Below are positions 60,722 to 64,000 of a stretch of 64,000 nucleotides of DNA, piece by piece. The notes beneath the pieces are model-generated. The model saw only the letters and a program-made list of their open reading frames with translations, searched no databases and was not told the DNA's origin. Made by a program: the position numbers and the translations under genes. Source of the DNA: an uncultured Clostridium sp. (lineage in GTDB: Bacteria > Bacillota > Clostridia > TANB77 > CAG-465); assembly GCA_964481385.1 (NCBI GenBank), contig CAYZTN010000001.1, positions 255 through 64,254 on the forward strand, given 5' to 3'. The first letter of the stretch is position 1; every line of letters starts with the position of its first letter.

Positions 60722-61201
60722 TTACTTGCGTACAGTCTCTACATCCAACGCAAAATATATATCCTCACCTGCTTTGAATCCTGCTATATAATATACACAC
60801 GTCCCCATGTCGTTTATATACAATACATCGCTTTCTTGCGTTATATCATACACCGCTTTTTGCACATTTAATTTTTCTATGTCTAATGCATAAAACTTGC
60901 CTGTATCGTCACCATTTTTAGTGATTTGTGCAGATAACGCTTGACTTTTATCTGTTGTAAGATTTGCTTTAGTCAGAAGCTGTGTTTTGGTCAAAGCCGT
61001 TGCTCCCGTCTTCACTGGGAGTATGCCACGTGTCGCATAATACTCAACTGCGGCATCTTGTATCCTTGCCATATTTGTTTTAAAATTTCCTTCTTTTGAT
61101 ATATCTATTGCATCCTTAGCAGAAAACACAGTTATGCCCGCTAGTATAGATAAAATAATCATTATTATTACAAGTATCATAAGAGAAATTCCTTTTTTCA
61201 T
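60722..61201 (-). CDS. Pilin-like protein (MKKG|ISLMILVIIMIILSILAGITVF) inserted between tsf and frr
   Basis: 159 aa. Same N-terminal family. The segment after the helix, QDAAVEYYATRGILP, parallels the other paralogs. Confidence 0.5.
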   Translation of the reverse strand: MKKGISLMILVIIMIILSILAGITVFSAKDAIDISKEGNFKTNMARIQDAAVEYYATRGILPVKTGATALTKTQLLTKANLTTDKSQALSAQITKNGDDTGKFYALDIEKLNVQKAVYDITQESDVLYINDMGTCVYYIAGFKAGEDIYFALDVETVRK

Positions 61202-61277
61202 TTATTAGTCCTCCAACTTTTCTTTAATTATACTAAAAGAAGAGTTCACATGCAACTATTACATGTGAACTTTATAA

Positions 61278-61922
61278 TTATCCTTTAACTTGTTTCATTA
61301 CTTCTTCAGCAAAATTTTCGTTTTTCTTTTCTAGTCCTTCGCCTCTTTCAAATCTTACAAATCTTCTTATTACAAGATTTTCTCCAATTGTTGCAATCTT
61401 TTCATTCAATAAATCTTTAATCTTTTTGTCAGGATCTTTTACAAATGGTTGTTCAAGCAAACAAATTTCCTCGAAAAATTTATTTAATCTTCCCTCTACC
61501 ATTTTTTCAACAACAGCTTCTGGTTTTCCTTCATTTAAAGCTTGTGCTTTAAGTGTTGCTTTTTCAGCTTCTACAACATCGGCTGGAACCTCTTCTTTAG
61601 AAACATATTTTGGAGATGCTGCAACGATATGCATTGCAATATCTCTTACAAAAGTTCTGAACTCTTCGTTTTTAGCAACAAAATCCGTCTCAGAGTTAAC
61701 CTCTACCATCGCACCATACTTACCACTATGTATGTATGCTTCTACAAGACCTTCAGATGCTATTCTTCCAGCTTTCTTAGCAGCTTTTGCAAGGCCTTTT
61801 TCTCTCAATAATTCTACTGCCTTATCCATATTTCCGTCTGTTTCTACTAGAACTTTTTTGCAGTCCATTACGCCTGCACCAGTCATTTCTCTTAATTCTT
61901 TAACTTGTTCAGCTGTTACCAT
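61278..61922 (-). CDS. tsf: Elongation factor Ts
   Basis: 214 aa. N-terminal UBA-like [24 protein letters not shown]. Confidence 0.9.
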   Translation of the reverse strand: MVTAEQVKELREMTGAGVMDCKKVLVETDGNMDKAVELLREKGLAKAAKKAGRIASEGLVEAYIHSGKYGAMVEVNSETDFVAKNEEFRTFVRDIAMHIVAASPKYVSKEEVPADVVEAEKATLKAQALNEGKPEAVVEKMVEGRLNKFFEEICLLEQPFVKDPDKKIKDLLNEKIATIGENLVIRRFVRFERGEGLEKKNENFAEEVMKQVKG

Positions 61923-61925
61923 AAA

Positions 61926-62783
61926 CTATTCCTCCTTTGCAGTTTCTGCGTTTTCTTCTACTTTTTCCTCATTATTTTTCTTATAATTTCTTCTATCTTG
62001 TGGTTTTGTTTGTTTTCTTTCAATTTTGTCTTCGCCCATAACTTTCACTAGTTCTGCCATAGACTCAACATCTTCTTGAACTTCAAGTTCGCCTACAGGT
62101 TCACCATTTTTACCATGTAAAACAGCATCTGCCATTTTTGCAGTTATAAGTTTTACTGCTCTTACGGCATCGTCATTTCCTGGAATAGCTAAATCAACAT
62201 CATTAGGGTTACAATTTGAATCGATTAAACCAATTGTAGGTATTCCTAACTTCCTAGCTTCCTTAGTACAAATTAGTTCTTTCTTAGAATCTATCAAGAA
62301 TATTAAAGAAGGTAGTTTTTCCATTTCTTTAATACCGCCAAGATTTTGATTTAATTTGTCTTTCTCAGCTCTTAATTTAATTACTTCTTTTTTAGGTAGA
62401 ACTTCAAAAGTTCCGTCATTTTCCATGTTTTCAAGTTCAACAAGTCTTGCTATTCTTGATTTTATAGTTTTGAAGTTTGTTAAAGTTCCGCCTAACCATC
62501 TGCTGTTAATGTAGTACATACCACATCTTGTAGCTTCTTCAGCTATTGTATCAGCGATTTGTTTTTTAGTACCAACAAATAGTACTGTTCCACCAGCTTC
62601 AACTGTTGATCTTACTTTCTCGTAAGCTTCAGTTACTTGCTCTAGTGTTTTTTGTAAATCTAAGATATATATTCCGTTTCTTGCAGTGAATATATATGGA
62701 GCCATTCTTGGGTCCCATCTCTTAGTTTGGTGTCCAAAGTGCACACCTGCTTCTAGCAATGATCTCATAGGTATAATTGCCAT
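61926..62783 (-). CDS. rpsB: 30S ribosomal protein S2
   Basis: Start reassigned to [23 protein letters not shown] (RBS AGGGAGG). The ORF-track start at 62933 adds 50 non-homologous residues. Confidence 0.9.
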   Translation of the reverse strand: MAIIPMRSLLEAGVHFGHQTKRWDPRMAPYIFTARNGIYILDLQKTLEQVTEAYEKVRSTVEAGGTVLFVGTKKQIADTIAEEATRCGMYYINSRWLGGTLTNFKTIKSRIARLVELENMENDGTFEVLPKKEVIKLRAEKDKLNQNLGGIKEMEKLPSLIFLIDSKKELICTKEARKLGIPTIGLIDSNCNPNDVDLAIPGNDDAVRAVKLITAKMADAVLHGKNGEPVGELEVQEDVESMAELVKVMGEDKIERKQTKPQDRRNYKKNNEEKVEENAETAKEE

Positions 62784-62954
62784 TTTATTCATCCTCCCTT
62801 TAAAATCCTCCACAAATACTTTAAACTTTGTTTTACCTCTTTCGAGGAAAGGCCAACAAAATATATTTGTGTGTGTATTTGTTGCACAAATCAGCAACGT
62901 AATTATTTTAACACATTGATAACTCAATTTCAAGTAAATTATGTAAATTTTCTA

Positions 62955-63965
62955 TCACCTGGCCATTATTCCGTTGCCGTTTTCTAGTAAATGGATATAT
63001 TCTAATGCCTTACCAGTGCCTTGTGCAACACACTCTATTGGCTTATCTGGTATTCGTGTCTTTAATCCAAGTTTTTCGAATATCAATCTATCAACGCCAT
63101 CAATCAAACTACCACCACCAGTTATATATACTGTATTTTCTTTAATATCAGCTGCTAATTCCGGTGTAATATCTTCCAACACTTCTCTAACCGCAAACAA
63201 AATTCTTGATGCAAGAGGCATAAATATTTCATAAATCTCATCTGACGTCAATTCAATTCCTTTTGGGAAGCCAGTAAGTATATCTTTTCCTCTTATCTTA
63301 ATTTTTTGCACAACTGTTTTCCTATATACAGCTCCTATTTCAATTTTAACTTTCTCCGCTGTCTTCTCACCTATAATCAATGAATATTTACTTTTAACAT
63401 ACTTCATTATTTCATTATTAAACGCATTTCCAGCAATTTTTATAGAACCCGACTTAACTATTCCACCCAACGAAATTACCGCTATATCTGTCGTTCCACC
63501 TCCAATGTCTATAACAAGTGTACCTCGAGGTTTCATTATATCTACACCTGCTCCTATTGCTGCAGCAAGTGGCTCTTGAATAATATTTACACGTCTTGCC
63601 CCAATAAGCAACGCTGCATCTATTACAGCTTTTTTTTCAAGATTTGTAACTCCAGACGGAACACATATTACCAAGCTAGGATTTATAACCTTTTGGTCAG
63701 ATACTACTGCAATATAATGCTTGAGCATTTTTTCTGTTATTTTATAATCAGATATAACACCATCTTTTAAAGGATATATTGTTTCTATATTTTTTGAAAC
63801 TCTACCTACTAATTTTTCCGCTTCTTTTCCGTATGCAACAATTTCGCTATTTGTTTTGTCTATAGCAACAACCGATGGCTCATTCAAGACAATCCCTTTG
63901 TCTTTTATATATATTAAAACAGTAGTTGTCCCTAAATCTATACCTATCTCCTGAGATAATTTCAT
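62955..63965 (-). CDS. mreB: MreB/Mbl-family actin-like rod-shape protein
   Basis: 336 aa. IGIDLGTT (phosphate 1), VIDIGGGTTDIAV (phosphate 2). Confidence 0.85.
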   Translation of the reverse strand: MKLSQEIGIDLGTTTVLIYIKDKGIVLNEPSVVAIDKTNSEIVAYGKEAEKLVGRVSKNIETIYPLKDGVISDYKITEKMLKHYIAVVSDQKVINPSLVICVPSGVTNLEKKAVIDAALLIGARRVNIIQEPLAAAIGAGVDIMKPRGTLVIDIGGGTTDIAVISLGGIVKSGSIKIAGNAFNNEIMKYVKSKYSLIIGEKTAEKVKIEIGAVYRKTVVQKIKIRGKDILTGFPKGIELTSDEIYEIFMPLASRILFAVREVLEDITPELAADIKENTVYITGGGSLIDGVDRLIFEKLGLKTRIPDKPIECVAQGTGKALEYIHLLENGNGIMAR

Positions 63966-64000
63966 ATTTACGCCCCTCTTTTGTTCTTACAATTATATTA

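Noticed and set aside
62784-62954. Possible rpsB autoregulatory leader structure
   Set aside because: Only a weak 5-bp hairpin (CTTTC-gag-GAAAG) was seen. Not enough to call.
1-64000. CRISPR arrays, rRNA genes, transposases/integrases
   Set aside because: No regularly spaced short direct repeats, no rRNA-like conserved stretches, and no transposase- or integrase-like ORFs were seen. The only repeats are the palindromic family and the TA-flanking direct repeats.

Overview
Low-GC, Clostridia-like chromosomal segment. Spo0A, YqfC/YqfD and a BclA-like collagen protein mark a spore former, and PolC marks Firmicutes. Almost all genes are on the minus strand. Core genes: valS, miaA, mutL, mutS, prfA, spo0A, holB, ricT, lepB, metG, murD, acpS, tRNA-Pro, polC, rseP, cdsA, frr, tsf, rpsB, an mreB-like gene, ybeY, dgkA, sepF, divIVA. 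Accessory material is spliced between them. (1) A type IV pilus machinery operon at 1-8627: pilMN-pilO-?-pilin-pilD-like-minor pilins-pilB-pilT-pilC. Every one of at least eight pilin-like proteins, here and scattered elsewhere in the window (9373-10947, 21910-24460, 60722-61201), has the N-terminus K-K-G-I-S/T-L-hydrophobic. None has the canonical F at +1 or the near-universal E at +5. The only prepilin-peptidase-like gene is atypical: an N-terminal zinc-finger domain followed by a lysine-rich insert. I consider this the most likely undescribed system in the window. (2) A 687-aa pilin-like protein with tandem ~75-aa repeats and a C-terminal formylglycine-generating-enzyme (FGE, SUMF1)-like lectin-fold domain, in an operon with a HlyD-like adaptor. 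(3) A HipT-like kinase plus a HipS-like small protein in reversed order with no HipB, directly after prfA. (4) A yefM-yoeB toxin-antitoxin cassette flanked by 38-bp direct repeats. (5) An orphan agr-like LytTR regulator and AgrC-like kinase pair. (6) A glycosyltransferase family 2 (GT2)/tetratricopeptide-repeat (TPR) enzyme next to a collagen-like exosporium-type protein, beside spo0A. (7) A family of at least five intergenic palindromic repeats sharing the core GTGTCATT-GGGGACGTTTC-AAATGACAC. (8) Several disrupted genes: DUF2207 (an in-frame TGA plus a frameshift), yigZ, uvsE, and a possible poly-A frameshift at 20124-20136. No CRISPR array, rRNA or obvious transposase was seen.
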